DNA of 64,000 nucleotides from a virus: UHGV virus genome UHGV-1362809; one strand, 5' to 3'. Shown piece by piece: positions 10,148 to 20,020 of this stretch (position 1 is its first letter; each line of letters starts with the position of its first letter). The notes under the pieces were generated by a model. It saw only the letters and a program-made list of their open reading frames with translations, ran no database searches and was not told where the DNA came from. The position numbers and the translations under genes were made by a program.

Positions 10148-11067
10148 AAAGAACTTCCTCCATCTAAAGCATATAGATCACACAACACGCATTTATCACA
10201 ATCTGAGTAGCATCTATATAAAATAGAATGTCCACAGTCACTAAGAATCTCTTTTCCGTCTGATAATCTAGGTTGCTCTTTTATATCTATAGTAGTTTTA
10301 TTTATTAGTCCGGTATACTTAAAAATAGAAGAGTTTTTTGTAGAATTTGTAAAATTATAGTATGCTACTGGATTAACTTTTTTTAAGTATCTTACAAAAT
10401 TTAAAAAATCATTTCTTTTAAAAAAGAAATCCTTTAGCTGTATTCCTGTATGTATAGGGTGAGGATATAAAAAGTTTAAACTATTTCCTGGGATTTTTGA
10501 TTTTATAAATTCATTTATATCCCATTCTCTATTTTTCCATAAATCTATAACGTATTGCGTTAGTATCATTTGTACTCCCACTGTGTAATTATACCTTTTA
10601 TGGAAATTATTTATATTATCTAGTACTATTTTATGTTGCTGTTCTGTTTTAAACCTATACTTTAGATCATAAGAAAAATTTAAATCTACCTTTTCTATCC
10701 CAACAGCATCTACTATTTTGTCTATTACCTTATACAAAAAGGTCGGATCATATAAACCATTTGTTACAGAAGAATACTTACAAAAAGGATTCTTAGAAAC
10801 TTTTAATATATATTCTATTACAACATCTATTAAGTCTAAAAAAGAATCCTGTAGTTTTTTATCCGTTATGTAGTAGAGCTCTCCCCCTAACAAAGATATT
10901 CCATAACTAAACTTATTTTCCCAATCTAGCAGCTTAATATTTTGTTTTATAGCATCTAACCAAACTAATTGCTTTTCGTATGTATAAGGTATTCTTTGTT
11001 CCCTTAAACAAAAGGCACAATCATTACAGCAATTAGGCCATACTCCATATTGACACATATTAGCCAT
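10144..11067 (-). CDS. Radical SAM protein, paralog 3 of 4
   Basis: CCNDCAFC. LGGELY. FSYDLKYRFK. C-terminal CGHSILYRCYSDCDKCVLCD. ATGA overlap with paralog 2. Confidence 0.7.
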   Translation of the reverse strand: MANMCQYGVWPNCCNDCAFCLREQRIPYTYEKQLVWLDAIKQNIKLLDWENKFSYGISLLGGELYYITDKKLQDSFLDLIDVVIEYILKVSKNPFCKYSSVTNGLYDPTFLYKVIDKIVDAVGIEKVDLNFSYDLKYRFKTEQQHKIVLDNINNFHKRYNYTVGVQMILTQYVIDLWKNREWDINEFIKSKIPGNSLNFLYPHPIHTGIQLKDFFFKRNDFLNFVRYLKKVNPVAYYNFTNSTKNSSIFKYTGLINKTTIDIKEQPRLSDGKEILSDCGHSILYRCYSDCDKCVLCDLYALDGGSSL

Positions 11068-11966
11068 TATAGTAATCCCGTTATTTTTTTAAATTGTTGT
11101 GTTACTTCCAAAATAGATTCTTCACAGTCATAAAAATAGCTTGACGAAAAAGGATCATATTTTTGTCTATCGGATGTAAAGGTTCTACCATCTCTACTAT
11201 CATAATAAAATATTGTGTTAGACCTTAAACTACTAGACAAAAAATCCTTAGTAAGCAACCCTTTTTTATTTAAAAAAACCAAGAAAGAAATAAACTCTTT
11301 CTTTCTTGGTAAAAACAAAGGAATAATCTTATTTGCCTGTTCTTTATTTTTAAAATTTCGTACAGTAGGTTCAATAAAATCTAATCTAGCTGCATACTTT
11401 TCACTGAACATTCCTATGTCAAACTGTCCTGATAAAACTTGCTGTATAAAATGATGAGTTACTATTAGTTCGATGTGTGTCTTTATATTCGTACTATTTA
11501 TTTTTCTTACATTATTTTCCCATAAAGTAAGACCATTATTTTTAAATCGGTATATAGTATCATAGGATGTACATATTACTACATTTTTTTCTATATCTAA
11601 TTCTTTTAAGTAATGTAAGAATTCATCAAACATAGTAGATTCAAATATTAACGACGTTGCTATAAGCAGTCTATTTACTTTTTCTTCCTTAATCTTTTTA
11701 GAAATTTCTAAAATTACTTTTGTAAATAAAAGATACTCATTTTCTTTCATTTGACCATCAAAAAATTCTCCGCCGATTAGCCCGATAGTATCACAAAACT
11801 CTACATTTTTTATGCGACATAAAGTTTTTTTCAAGGAATTTATTTTAGAAACAGATGTACTAATAAATCTATTATAACAAAAGTCGCATCCGTTTTTACA
11901 GTCTGCCCATAATTCAAACTGTAAAAATTTATGTTCCTTTTGTATTATTTCCTTCTCTGAGTTCAT
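11067..11966 (-). CDS. Radical SAM protein, paralog 4 of 4 (lacks the C-terminal Cys cluster)
   Basis: CKNGCDFC, preceded by FELW as in paralog 2. IGGEFF. TSYDTIYRFK. Confidence 0.7.
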   Translation of the reverse strand: MNSEKEIIQKEHKFLQFELWADCKNGCDFCYNRFISTSVSKINSLKKTLCRIKNVEFCDTIGLIGGEFFDGQMKENEYLLFTKVILEISKKIKEEKVNRLLIATSLIFESTMFDEFLHYLKELDIEKNVVICTSYDTIYRFKNNGLTLWENNVRKINSTNIKTHIELIVTHHFIQQVLSGQFDIGMFSEKYAARLDFIEPTVRNFKNKEQANKIIPLFLPRKKEFISFLVFLNKKGLLTKDFLSSSLRSNTIFYYDSRDGRTFTSDRQKYDPFSSSYFYDCEESILEVTQQFKKITGLL

Positions 11967-12548
11967 TTATATATTCTCTACTGTTTGTACATAAGTATAA
12001 GTGCAGGGTCTATTTCTAATACTATTCTTTACATAATAAAATAGGGAATTTATATAGTCATTTACATGGTCTTCCCTTATTAAATCTGTGTTGCCGGATC
12101 CTTTAAAATATTCCTTATAGAAATAGGACACATCTCCTTGATTATAAATCACATAAGTGTTTGGGTCCAAATAACTACAAGTAAAAAAAAGTCTGCAAGA
12201 ACAAAAAGACATCAAATTATTAATTAAATTAAAAAAGTCCTCAGCAGACACTCTAGCATTTATATTCGGTACAATAGACCTTATAAAACTATCCAGCTGA
12301 CTAGACATGGTACTAAAACTACATTCTGTAATAGGGTTGCTAATATAAGCAGTCATTACAGGTAATTCTCTTCTACGAGCCCAGCTATTGTATAATGTAT
12401 ATGTTCCATCAGTAGCCTCGTACCTATAGGAAAAATTAGGTTTAAAACATGCTGGCAGCCCTGCATAGTTGCTTATGTTTATACAAGTAGAAGAGATTAA
12501 AGTTTTTAGGTAGTTTATTACTTGGGAATATGTGCATAAAATTTCCAT
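11967..12548 (-). CDS. Hypothetical protein (193 aa) in the rSAM cassette
   Basis: ORF abutting rSAM paralog 4. Cys-containing. No motif recognised. Confidence 0.45.
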   Translation of the reverse strand: MEILCTYSQVINYLKTLISSTCINISNYAGLPACFKPNFSYRYEATDGTYTLYNSWARRRELPVMTAYISNPITECSFSTMSSQLDSFIRSIVPNINARVSAEDFFNLINNLMSFCSCRLFFTCSYLDPNTYVIYNQGDVSYFYKEYFKGSGNTDLIREDHVNDYINSLFYYVKNSIRNRPCTYTYVQTVENI

Positions 12549-12557
12549 TAATTTCTC

Positions 12558-13193
12558 CTATATAATCATATAGGCTATGTATACACTACTACTAGAACTA
12601 CTACTACTAGAACTACTACTAGAACTACTGCAGCTACTACTAGAACTACTACAAGCCACCTGAATAGACGTTACTATTTTGTGCATATTAAGGACATTAC
12701 CGCACAAATTAGATATTTCATTAATTCTCGCTAATAAATAGGCAGACTGAATATTTCCAATATCCTTTAAGCCGCCACCAATGGTTAAATAATTAGCCGG
12801 ATTCTTATTATAAAATACTGAGATGTGGCTATTAACTCCTGCTGACACAAAAACTATGCGTGTGGTCAAAAAACTGGCTATATTATTCATTAAGTACAAT
12901 AAATTTTGAACCGTAATTAGGTCGTCGTCTAAAAAGACAATACCCCTAGAACTTAAAAAGTCCAAAAGTTGAGATTCTACTGTACTGCTGGGAACTACTA
13001 CTGCAAGGTTATCAGTAACAGTTGCTGTTATAGTTTGTTTACTTCCCTGTGAAATAACATAAGTGGAACCATTCCGTAAAGAAATATCTACAGAAGAAGA
13101 AAAGGAATCGATATTATGACATATCGTTTTTATGTATTTTTTTACCTCAGATATTACTTGAGAAAAAGTAATCAAATTTGACTTATCAACCAT
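12558..13193 (-). CDS. Hypothetical protein with C-terminal poly-Ser/Cys tail (..ACSSSSSSCSSSSSSSSSSSSSSSVYIAYMII)
   Basis: ATG confirmed. The C-terminal 24-residue Ser/Cys run is encoded by an imperfect (ACT)n microsatellite. The N-terminal domain has a weak hhhhDD-hxT signature (IVFLDDDLITV). Confidence 0.5.
   Translation of the reverse strand: MVDKSNLITFSQVISEVKKYIKTICHNIDSFSSSVDISLRNGSTYVISQGSKQTITATVTDNLAVVVPSSTVESQLLDFLSSRGIVFLDDDLITVQNLLYLMNNIASFLTTRIVFVSAGVNSHISVFYNKNPANYLTIGGGLKDIGNIQSAYLLARINEISNLCGNVLNMHKIVTSIQVACSSSSSSCSSSSSSSSSSSSSSSVYIAYMII
12585..12656. repeat. Imperfect trinucleotide microsatellite (ACT/AGA)n, about 22 units, encoding the poly-Ser tail
   Basis: actactactagaactactactactagaactactactagaactactgcagctactactagaactact. 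Confidence 0.9.
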
Positions 13194-13794
13194 TTTCAGT
13201 TCCTTTTAAGTTCTCTGCAAACAGGTTTATTAAATTAAGGCTTATTGCTTTATTAATTAAAAGACAATTAATATAGTAGGCTGAGTCCTCTATATAGTAG
13301 TCCGGAATTTTTTCCATACCAGAGGTACTAAGTATTCCACATAAAGTTTGAAAATCATATTGTTCAAATATTTGTGCGTATAATGGAGACAATGTTTTTA
13401 CAGTGTCCATAGGAGAAAAAAAGTTTTTATCATAGGAGCACAATAAACTAATAAATTTAGACGCTAATTCCTTAGAAACTTCCTCCAATTTATCTTTCAT
13501 AAGAATTCTTATTTCTATAAATTGGTCTAAGTCCTTAATAAATACTAAAGGATTATTAAAAAAACTATCATCTAAAGAATTATATGTTTTTATTAGATTA
13601 ACTAAATTTGAAATAAAAACTTGGTTTATGTTGTTACTATCTGACAAAAATAAGTCTAACGCATAAATAATGTACTCTGTGGGTAAATTTTTTAAGGAAA
13701 CTTTGGCATCCTTGCACTTTAGTATAGGAAGTAATTCCTGTTTTAAAGTGCCCTTTTCTATATCAGAATTAAAAGTAATAATATCCCTTGACAT
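13186..13794 (-). CDS. Hypothetical protein (202 aa)
   Basis: ATG confirmed. Overlaps the downstream gene by 8 nt. No motif recognised. Confidence 0.45.
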   Translation of the reverse strand: MSRDIITFNSDIEKGTLKQELLPILKCKDAKVSLKNLPTEYIIYALDLFLSDSNNINQVFISNLVNLIKTYNSLDDSFFNNPLVFIKDLDQFIEIRILMKDKLEEVSKELASKFISLLCSYDKNFFSPMDTVKTLSPLYAQIFEQYDFQTLCGILSTSGMEKIPDYYIEDSAYYINCLLINKAISLNLINLFAENLKGTENG

Positions 13795-13800
13795 TTTTTG

Positions 13801-15186
13801 TTACTCCATCGTTATTTGGTCCATATTTACCATGTCTGCCTCTATAGATCCACTATAAATTAGTAAAGACGCTTGTTGTCTAGTATCTGGTATTTTAGTG
13901 TCACTATATTTTCTACTAAACAGTAAATTAAAATAACAGTTGTTATTATCCGCTATACTTCTTAATTTACTTAATTTTATTATGTCATCCTCCGAAAGGG
14001 TATAATTATACCAAGTTAAATTATTTGTACAGTAGGCAGTAAAATCTTGTTCATCACTTCTAAATAGATCCATATTATTTACGGTACTATTAGAAATGCT
14101 ATTAGGAATTTCTATTAGAGTAGAATTGTTAATGTTTAAGGCTATAGTATCTCCAAAAAGCAAAATAAAAGTTCCTGCTCCTGGATAGGAAACATTATAA
14201 TAGTTTTCTCCACAGTATATTTGTACAGATGCTTTATCAACAACAATTCTTAACAGTTTAGTATCATCAGAGTAAAGTGTTAAAAGTTCCATCTGATTAG
14301 AAAGCCCGTACATAGCGGGCATAACTAAACTATTATTGTTGCAAGTTACCTCAGGAAACGTTAAGGACATTTTAGTACTTAACAATTTTATATAGGAAGT
14401 CCATTCCCCAGTGGCTTCATCCACATAGTCCTTTGTTACCAAGGATTTACTTTGGTTGGGTACATAGGAATCATTTGCTAACAATGTAGGGCTATCTAAA
14501 ACAACAGAGTCAGTACCGATAACCCTTAATGTAGAATCAGTAATGGTATGGGTATCTATAGTGACTCCATCATTAAACTGCCACCCCTTACTGTACTCTA
14601 TCTTTTTATTATGCATCCCAAGAAAAGATACAACATTAATAGTGCCAGTCTTGGCACTAATTATTAAATCAGTACCAGAGGCTACCACCTCGAAATTATT
14701 TATAAACTCTTGGTTTGACTGAAGCCCATCCGCAATCATAAAAAAGGAGGAACAATCGTCAATATCCAAAGTGTATAAATTTCCACTCGCAGTTATATTT
14801 ACGCCGTTACACAAAAAGGATTTTTCATAATGTACGCCAACAGTATCAGTGCCTAATCCTGTAATGTCAAAAGCTAAAGTACCTATGCTTTCACCTAAGT
14901 ATATACCACCACCTTGTAACTCTTTTTCAGACTTACTATTTAGGAAAATTTTATTATCTTTGGCAGTAACTAAATCCGTATCCAGTTCAGTTTTGTGTCC
15001 TTCAACTTTTAGATTACCACTGGCATTTATACTGGCACTATTCAGATCCCCAGTGCTTAAACCCGCTGCAGTACCATCATTATTAGTTAGTGCAAAACCA
15101 TTATCATCGCTGGAAATAGACTTATTGTTTTGAAACGATAAACTCTTTCCGATTTTTGATAATCTTGGCTGTATATTATTTACCAT
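13801..15186 (-). CDS. Tail fibre / virion surface protein (S/T/N/G-rich)
   Basis: Position in the fibre block and beta-rich, low-complexity composition. No specific motif. Confidence 0.35.
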   Translation of the reverse strand: MVNNIQPRLSKIGKSLSFQNNKSISSDDNGFALTNNDGTAAGLSTGDLNSASINASGNLKVEGHKTELDTDLVTAKDNKIFLNSKSEKELQGGGIYLGESIGTLAFDITGLGTDTVGVHYEKSFLCNGVNITASGNLYTLDIDDCSSFFMIADGLQSNQEFINNFEVVASGTDLIISAKTGTINVVSFLGMHNKKIEYSKGWQFNDGVTIDTHTITDSTLRVIGTDSVVLDSPTLLANDSYVPNQSKSLVTKDYVDEATGEWTSYIKLLSTKMSLTFPEVTCNNNSLVMPAMYGLSNQMELLTLYSDDTKLLRIVVDKASVQIYCGENYYNVSYPGAGTFILLFGDTIALNINNSTLIEIPNSISNSTVNNMDLFRSDEQDFTAYCTNNLTWYNYTLSEDDIIKLSKLRSIADNNNCYFNLLFSRKYSDTKIPDTRQQASLLIYSGSIEADMVNMDQITME

Positions 15187-15194
15187 CTCTAACC

Positions 15195-16247
15195 TCAGTC
15201 AAATTCTCTTGTATCTGAATAACCAATGCACACGCCAGTTCCAATATAGCTCAGTTCGTTGACCGTTTCTATACAACTTACAACACTATTTACAGTATTA
15301 GTTATGGCACAATTTTCACCCAATTCAGTCAAGCCGATTTTTAAAGTGGCAGTAGCCTGTATAAAGGGAGTGTGCAAAATATCCGCAGGAGTAGGCAACT
15401 TATGTGAACTCCAATTATTTGAAGCCTCAATACTCCACAAAGATATATAATAATAATTATTGCCTCTTCTTACATACCTAATTGCCCCACCGCTATTATC
15501 TGTTTGAAAACTACCAACTCGTCTATAGTGATAGCCTTCATTTACCATCTCCACAGGGTCTAAACTACTATAATATCTACAAACAACCTTGCCTGCGTTG
15601 TTTATACCCAAAAAGACATGATATGTTGTATTAGCCATAGTATTTACAAGCACAATGTACATAGGAGTATTAAGAATTATGTTGGCACTATCGTCCTTAC
15701 TTCTACAACTTCCTGTACCAATCACAAACGTAGTTTCATTCTGCCAATCAATCCCTAATCCCTGTATAAACATTGGACCAAAAACACGAGTAGTACCGCT
15801 CATATATGCTTTAAGAGACGCAGGACTAATCATAATATCGTCTCGGCTACTATTAGCTACTTCCGCATTTGTAGCAAACCTTGCCACGCCTACCTTGGCT
15901 GTTGTGGCGTCTTGTATATTGGAGGCATCTGATAGTGCAATACCTTTATTGGTAATAGCGTCCGTACCCAAATTGCTTAAGTCTGTGGATACCAAACCTT
16001 TTTTTGTCAAGGTTTCTTTTGACACGTTGCTCATATTATCAGCAGCTACACCTTTATTAAGCATAGTGGCTAATGTAACATTATTCAAATCTTCTCTTGC
16101 TAAAGGATAGCCACCATTAAGGTTACCATCCATTACAACAACAGTCTTTTTATCAGTATCCATACAAACTTCGTTCACACTGCCTTTAAAGGAGGCAAAC
16201 TGATTTGTAGTACCCTTTCTAAGACTAAATACTGTCGAATCCGCCAT
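15195..16247 (-). CDS. Tail fibre-like protein
   Basis: Position and composition only. Confidence 0.35.
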   Translation of the reverse strand: MADSTVFSLRKGTTNQFASFKGSVNEVCMDTDKKTVVVMDGNLNGGYPLAREDLNNVTLATMLNKGVAADNMSNVSKETLTKKGLVSTDLSNLGTDAITNKGIALSDASNIQDATTAKVGVARFATNAEVANSSRDDIMISPASLKAYMSGTTRVFGPMFIQGLGIDWQNETTFVIGTGSCRSKDDSANIILNTPMYIVLVNTMANTTYHVFLGINNAGKVVCRYYSSLDPVEMVNEGYHYRRVGSFQTDNSGGAIRYVRRGNNYYYISLWSIEASNNWSSHKLPTPADILHTPFIQATATLKIGLTELGENCAITNTVNSVVSCIETVNELSYIGTGVCIGYSDTREFD

Positions 16248-16261
16248 TTACGTCTTCCTTT

Positions 16262-17680
16262 TTAATACCACTTACAAACCAAAACTGCATTACCAGCATT
16301 GTTATCCGTTGAAGTAACATACAAATTGACAACACCACGATCTATTCTCTGCATAAAGGGAATAGTTATCAAACCTACGTTACCGCTGATTTCAATCAGA
16401 CCGTCACTCAAATAGTCATTGTCTACTTCGTCCCCCAATGAGATATAATAACTTCCATTAAACTCACTCGTTATAAGTATTTTTAACTCATCTAATATCT
16501 TGCCCTGCACGTCGTCCACAATTTTTGTAGTAGATGTACTGGAAGAAAGTGTGACTTTGCCGGATACAAAAACAGTACTTTGTGCGTTTTCTAAGGCTTC
16601 TGCTATTGCCTTGTCAACATATCCCTTGTTAGCTAAATCGTTTTCATTTAGTACGTTGGCAGTATAAGAGTACTGAGCTGTTTGTGAAATGTCTACATTA
16701 ATTGTACCATTACCGACAGGAACTAATGTTAGGTTGTCAACAGATGCCCACAGTTTATCTCTAACTATGGTCTTTGTTTTTAGCTCAACAGTGTTGTTAG
16801 CGTTACCTAAAAACAGAGTCCCTGCACCGCTACACCTTATTGTCATATCTACGGAAGATGTAGGATTGTTGAATATACCACTCACTATATCCATACCATA
16901 ATCGGTAGAATTGATAGTAGCTATATATCCTTTATCTGAATTGCTATCGGTGCGTAAAACAGTTTTACCACTTACCCCGTATAGGGCATTTCCCCAAGTA
17001 AAAGTAGGCAACCCGCCGGCACCTTTACTTATTAGGGTCTGACCTGCTTCACCATTGTCCAAAGACACAGGAATATTGGAACCATCACCATACAATAAAT
17101 GGTTCTTTTCAAAAGGAGGAAGAATAGTTCCAGGAGGTTGACTTTCAATGGCAATAATAATACCTTTTTCGTTGACAGTCAGTTTTGGATATGTGTACTG
17201 TTTCACACTGTCTAACTGGTCTTTCAACAGGTCATTTGCCTGTTTAAATTCTAGACCATTTTCTCCCTGTGTAACTGCAACTACCTTTTCTGACGCTCCC
17301 TCATAGGAAGCAGGAACGTCAGCTAATTGAGTAAAGTCCTCTATTTCACCATTGGCAACATTAACAAATTCCAAACCTGAATTATCGGATTTTACTCGTA
17401 CCAATTTGCCAGCTGCATTTTTGTACGAGGAAGGACAGTCGCTCAATGTAGTAAACTTAGCAGGTACGATGTTTTTAAACACCAGCCCTGTTTCTTTGTC
17501 ATTGACTACTGGTGTTTTACCTGCCTGTCCTTCGTAGGTATCAGGAGTATCCGTTAAGGATAAAAATGTAATACCTGTAGTATTTGAGTCCGAACCTGTA
17601 CCAGCTGATACAACTGTCCAGTCGTTACCCTGCCAAATTTCAATTTGTAAGGGTTCTTGAACTAATGAAATTATATCCAT
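16262..17680 (-). CDS. Tail fibre-like protein
   Basis: Position and composition only. Confidence 0.35.
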   Translation of the reverse strand: MDIISLVQEPLQIEIWQGNDWTVVSAGTGSDSNTTGITFLSLTDTPDTYEGQAGKTPVVNDKETGLVFKNIVPAKFTTLSDCPSSYKNAAGKLVRVKSDNSGLEFVNVANGEIEDFTQLADVPASYEGASEKVVAVTQGENGLEFKQANDLLKDQLDSVKQYTYPKLTVNEKGIIIAIESQPPGTILPPFEKNHLLYGDGSNIPVSLDNGEAGQTLISKGAGGLPTFTWGNALYGVSGKTVLRTDSNSDKGYIATINSTDYGMDIVSGIFNNPTSSVDMTIRCSGAGTLFLGNANNTVELKTKTIVRDKLWASVDNLTLVPVGNGTINVDISQTAQYSYTANVLNENDLANKGYVDKAIAEALENAQSTVFVSGKVTLSSSTSTTKIVDDVQGKILDELKILITSEFNGSYYISLGDEVDNDYLSDGLIEISGNVGLITIPFMQRIDRGVVNLYVTSTDNNAGNAVLVCKWY

Positions 17681-17690
17681 AGTACAAATC

Positions 17691-18062
17691 CTAATCTAGT
17701 TCAATAGTTGTTGAGGAGTCTACGTTGAACTGACCTTCCATCCATCTAACTTGTACGCCGTCGGGACGAGTCAGCACAACGTCATAATACCAATTACCAG
17801 ACCTTACTTTCTCTCTTAACACCAAAGTATCGAGGTTAAGAGTTATAATGCCGTCGTCTCCCAGTAAAATAGTACCGTCATACTCCCCTGCCTCACTTGA
17901 CAGGGTTGCTAATACTACATAACCGTCCTTGCGTTCCCGTATTTGCATTAAGGCAGTATATCCAGTAAAGTCTACTGTTTCTCCTGACTTTTGATACTTT
18001 GTACGAGTTTTTATGTTTAGATTAGCATTTGACTGTGCCTGTATATTAACAAATCCTGTCAT
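17691..18062 (-). CDS. Small virion-module protein (123 aa), possibly a fibre assembly or adaptor protein
   Basis: Position between large fibre ORFs. Confidence 0.3.
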   Translation of the reverse strand: MTGFVNIQAQSNANLNIKTRTKYQKSGETVDFTGYTALMQIRERKDGYVVLATLSSEAGEYDGTILLGDDGIITLNLDTLVLREKVRSGNWYYDVVLTRPDGVQVRWMEGQFNVDSSTTIELD

Positions 18063-18071
18063 TTTAACTCC

Positions 18072-19985
18072 TTAATTTGCATCTGCATAGTAAGCCTTAC
18101 GGGCAGTACCTTCGATTACTCTATCGCACGTTAAAGTTCCAGTAATTCTTACATTGCCATTTAGAGTAACTTGATTACTAAATGTTACCGTGTTGGTAAA
18201 GTTTGTTTTGGCTTCGACATTAAGCGTATTTGCTATCGTTGTTGTACCCGTAAACTTCGCCACACTGGCTACCATCTCACCGACGTAGGCACTATTTAGA
18301 GTAACACCTTCAAATACCCAGTTACCAAAGATATACTGGTCAGCATTTTGCAAACAGTATTCAGGTGTAGAGGCTCTAATACCCGTACCAAAGGAACCAG
18401 TTTCTAACTTGAACCAGTCAAGGTCAAAATACTGCTTCGTGTTGGGCTGCATGCCTATACTAAAGGCTAAGTAATCGTCATTATTTGTTCCGAATGTATA
18501 TACTCCTACCAATGTAGGAATAACAAAGGTAACAGAGTATTCATTCCAATCGGTGGATAAGTTAATCCATGTTTGTGTCAAATCCAACGTACTACTGGCA
18601 ACACCGCCCGTACCGAAATATACCTGAGCAGCAATCAAAACTCTTTGACCGTTAGCACTACCTCTAGCTCTAAAGCTAATTGTTTTGGTAGTATTTTGAT
18701 ACTTAGAAGCATTTGGTATTTTTTGCCACATGCCACTTGTCATATTTGTGTTTAGGTCAACAACGGAGTGAACAAAACGCAGGAAATTTTTAGGTCCTTC
18801 TACCCAGTCCCCTAATTGGTGAGGTACGATATTATAACCATACTTTGACTCGCCAGCTGAGTACACTTGCCAAGCTGGTATGGTAGAAGCCGTTGTGTTG
18901 TAAAACTGTCCATTACTCAATTCGTTAGCCTTGGTCACACTTGCGCCACGAGCCACAGCAAAAGGAGTAACTGCTTTAGTATTGTTAGAACCAGCTTCAA
19001 CTTCGTCAACTGTTGCCAACTGTACATAGCCAGGATAAGAAGTAGTAGCAGGATTTAAATCCTGCGCTCCTAACAATAACGTTTCACCATCAACAGCCAT
19101 ACCAACGTACCAAGCTGTTGGAGTAACAGTTAATTTACCTGCCTGTACACCACCGTCCGCATAGTACTTAAGCCCTACGACGAAACTTGGGTTTTCTTCC
19201 GTTGAATTTGGGTCTTTATACCTACCTTCAATTATGATGGTATTATTAGGACCTCTAAAACCCATATAGCCATCAGTCAAGTTAGTAGCATCTGCTTTTC
19301 TAAATAATCCAGCTACTCTATCAAATCTAATCGCATCACCAACAGCAGGAGGGTCTTGTGTATCAAAGTTGGCACTTGAAAACTGATAGCCCGACCCTGC
19401 ACTAAGTTGTGACGGTATAAACCACCAGTTAGAATCAGCCCTTAATGCCAAAACAGGAGAACCAAAACTTGTATGTTGTAGTACCGAATATGCAGAATAA
19501 GGAGCCGCTAATGGGTCTGGCAAGTAAGTTTCATTAGCTACAACAGGAATAGACGCCTCATCTGCAATTAATACGGATAAATTTGTAATAGTAGCAATAC
19601 CACTCAACACAATGGGAATATTAAAAATACGTCTATTACCAACAACATCAGGAGGGTTATTTTTTACTTTTTCACTAATAGCAGGTAGTGCTACAATAGC
19701 AAATAAGTCCCCACTATCTAAGTAGAGACCTATATTACCGATGTTGAAATCGCCTATATCTTCAGAAAGAGTAACCTTAAAAAGAACGGTACTATCATTT
19801 AATACTTGGTATCTAATGTAATCAGTACCACCTTCCCATACTTTTCCTGACACGTCTGTCATATCAGAAGTAGCCGTTATAAGGTTAGACCCTATTTTTA
19901 CTCCTGTAATTGTTATTTGAGGACCATACATACCAGCTAAGGCTGCCTGTCTTAGTCCTAACTTTGTAATCGCTGTTGTTGACAT
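18072..19985 (-). CDS. Tail fibre / large structural protein (637 aa)
   Basis: Position and composition. Confidence 0.35.
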   Translation of the reverse strand: MSTTAITKLGLRQAALAGMYGPQITITGVKIGSNLITATSDMTDVSGKVWEGGTDYIRYQVLNDSTVLFKVTLSEDIGDFNIGNIGLYLDSGDLFAIVALPAISEKVKNNPPDVVGNRRIFNIPIVLSGIATITNLSVLIADEASIPVVANETYLPDPLAAPYSAYSVLQHTSFGSPVLALRADSNWWFIPSQLSAGSGYQFSSANFDTQDPPAVGDAIRFDRVAGLFRKADATNLTDGYMGFRGPNNTIIIEGRYKDPNSTEENPSFVVGLKYYADGGVQAGKLTVTPTAWYVGMAVDGETLLLGAQDLNPATTSYPGYVQLATVDEVEAGSNNTKAVTPFAVARGASVTKANELSNGQFYNTTASTIPAWQVYSAGESKYGYNIVPHQLGDWVEGPKNFLRFVHSVVDLNTNMTSGMWQKIPNASKYQNTTKTISFRARGSANGQRVLIAAQVYFGTGGVASSTLDLTQTWINLSTDWNEYSVTFVIPTLVGVYTFGTNNDDYLAFSIGMQPNTKQYFDLDWFKLETGSFGTGIRASTPEYCLQNADQYIFGNWVFEGVTLNSAYVGEMVASVAKFTGTTTIANTLNVEAKTNFTNTVTFSNQVTLNGNVRITGTLTCDRVIEGTARKAYYADAN

Positions 19986-20020
19986 TATATAACACCCTCG
20001 ATTGTTTACTATATTAAAAA

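Noticed and set aside
15655-16110. 151-aa plus-strand ORF
   Set aside because: It lies antisense inside the tail-fibre gene 15195..16247. No RBS, and hydrophobic shadow composition.
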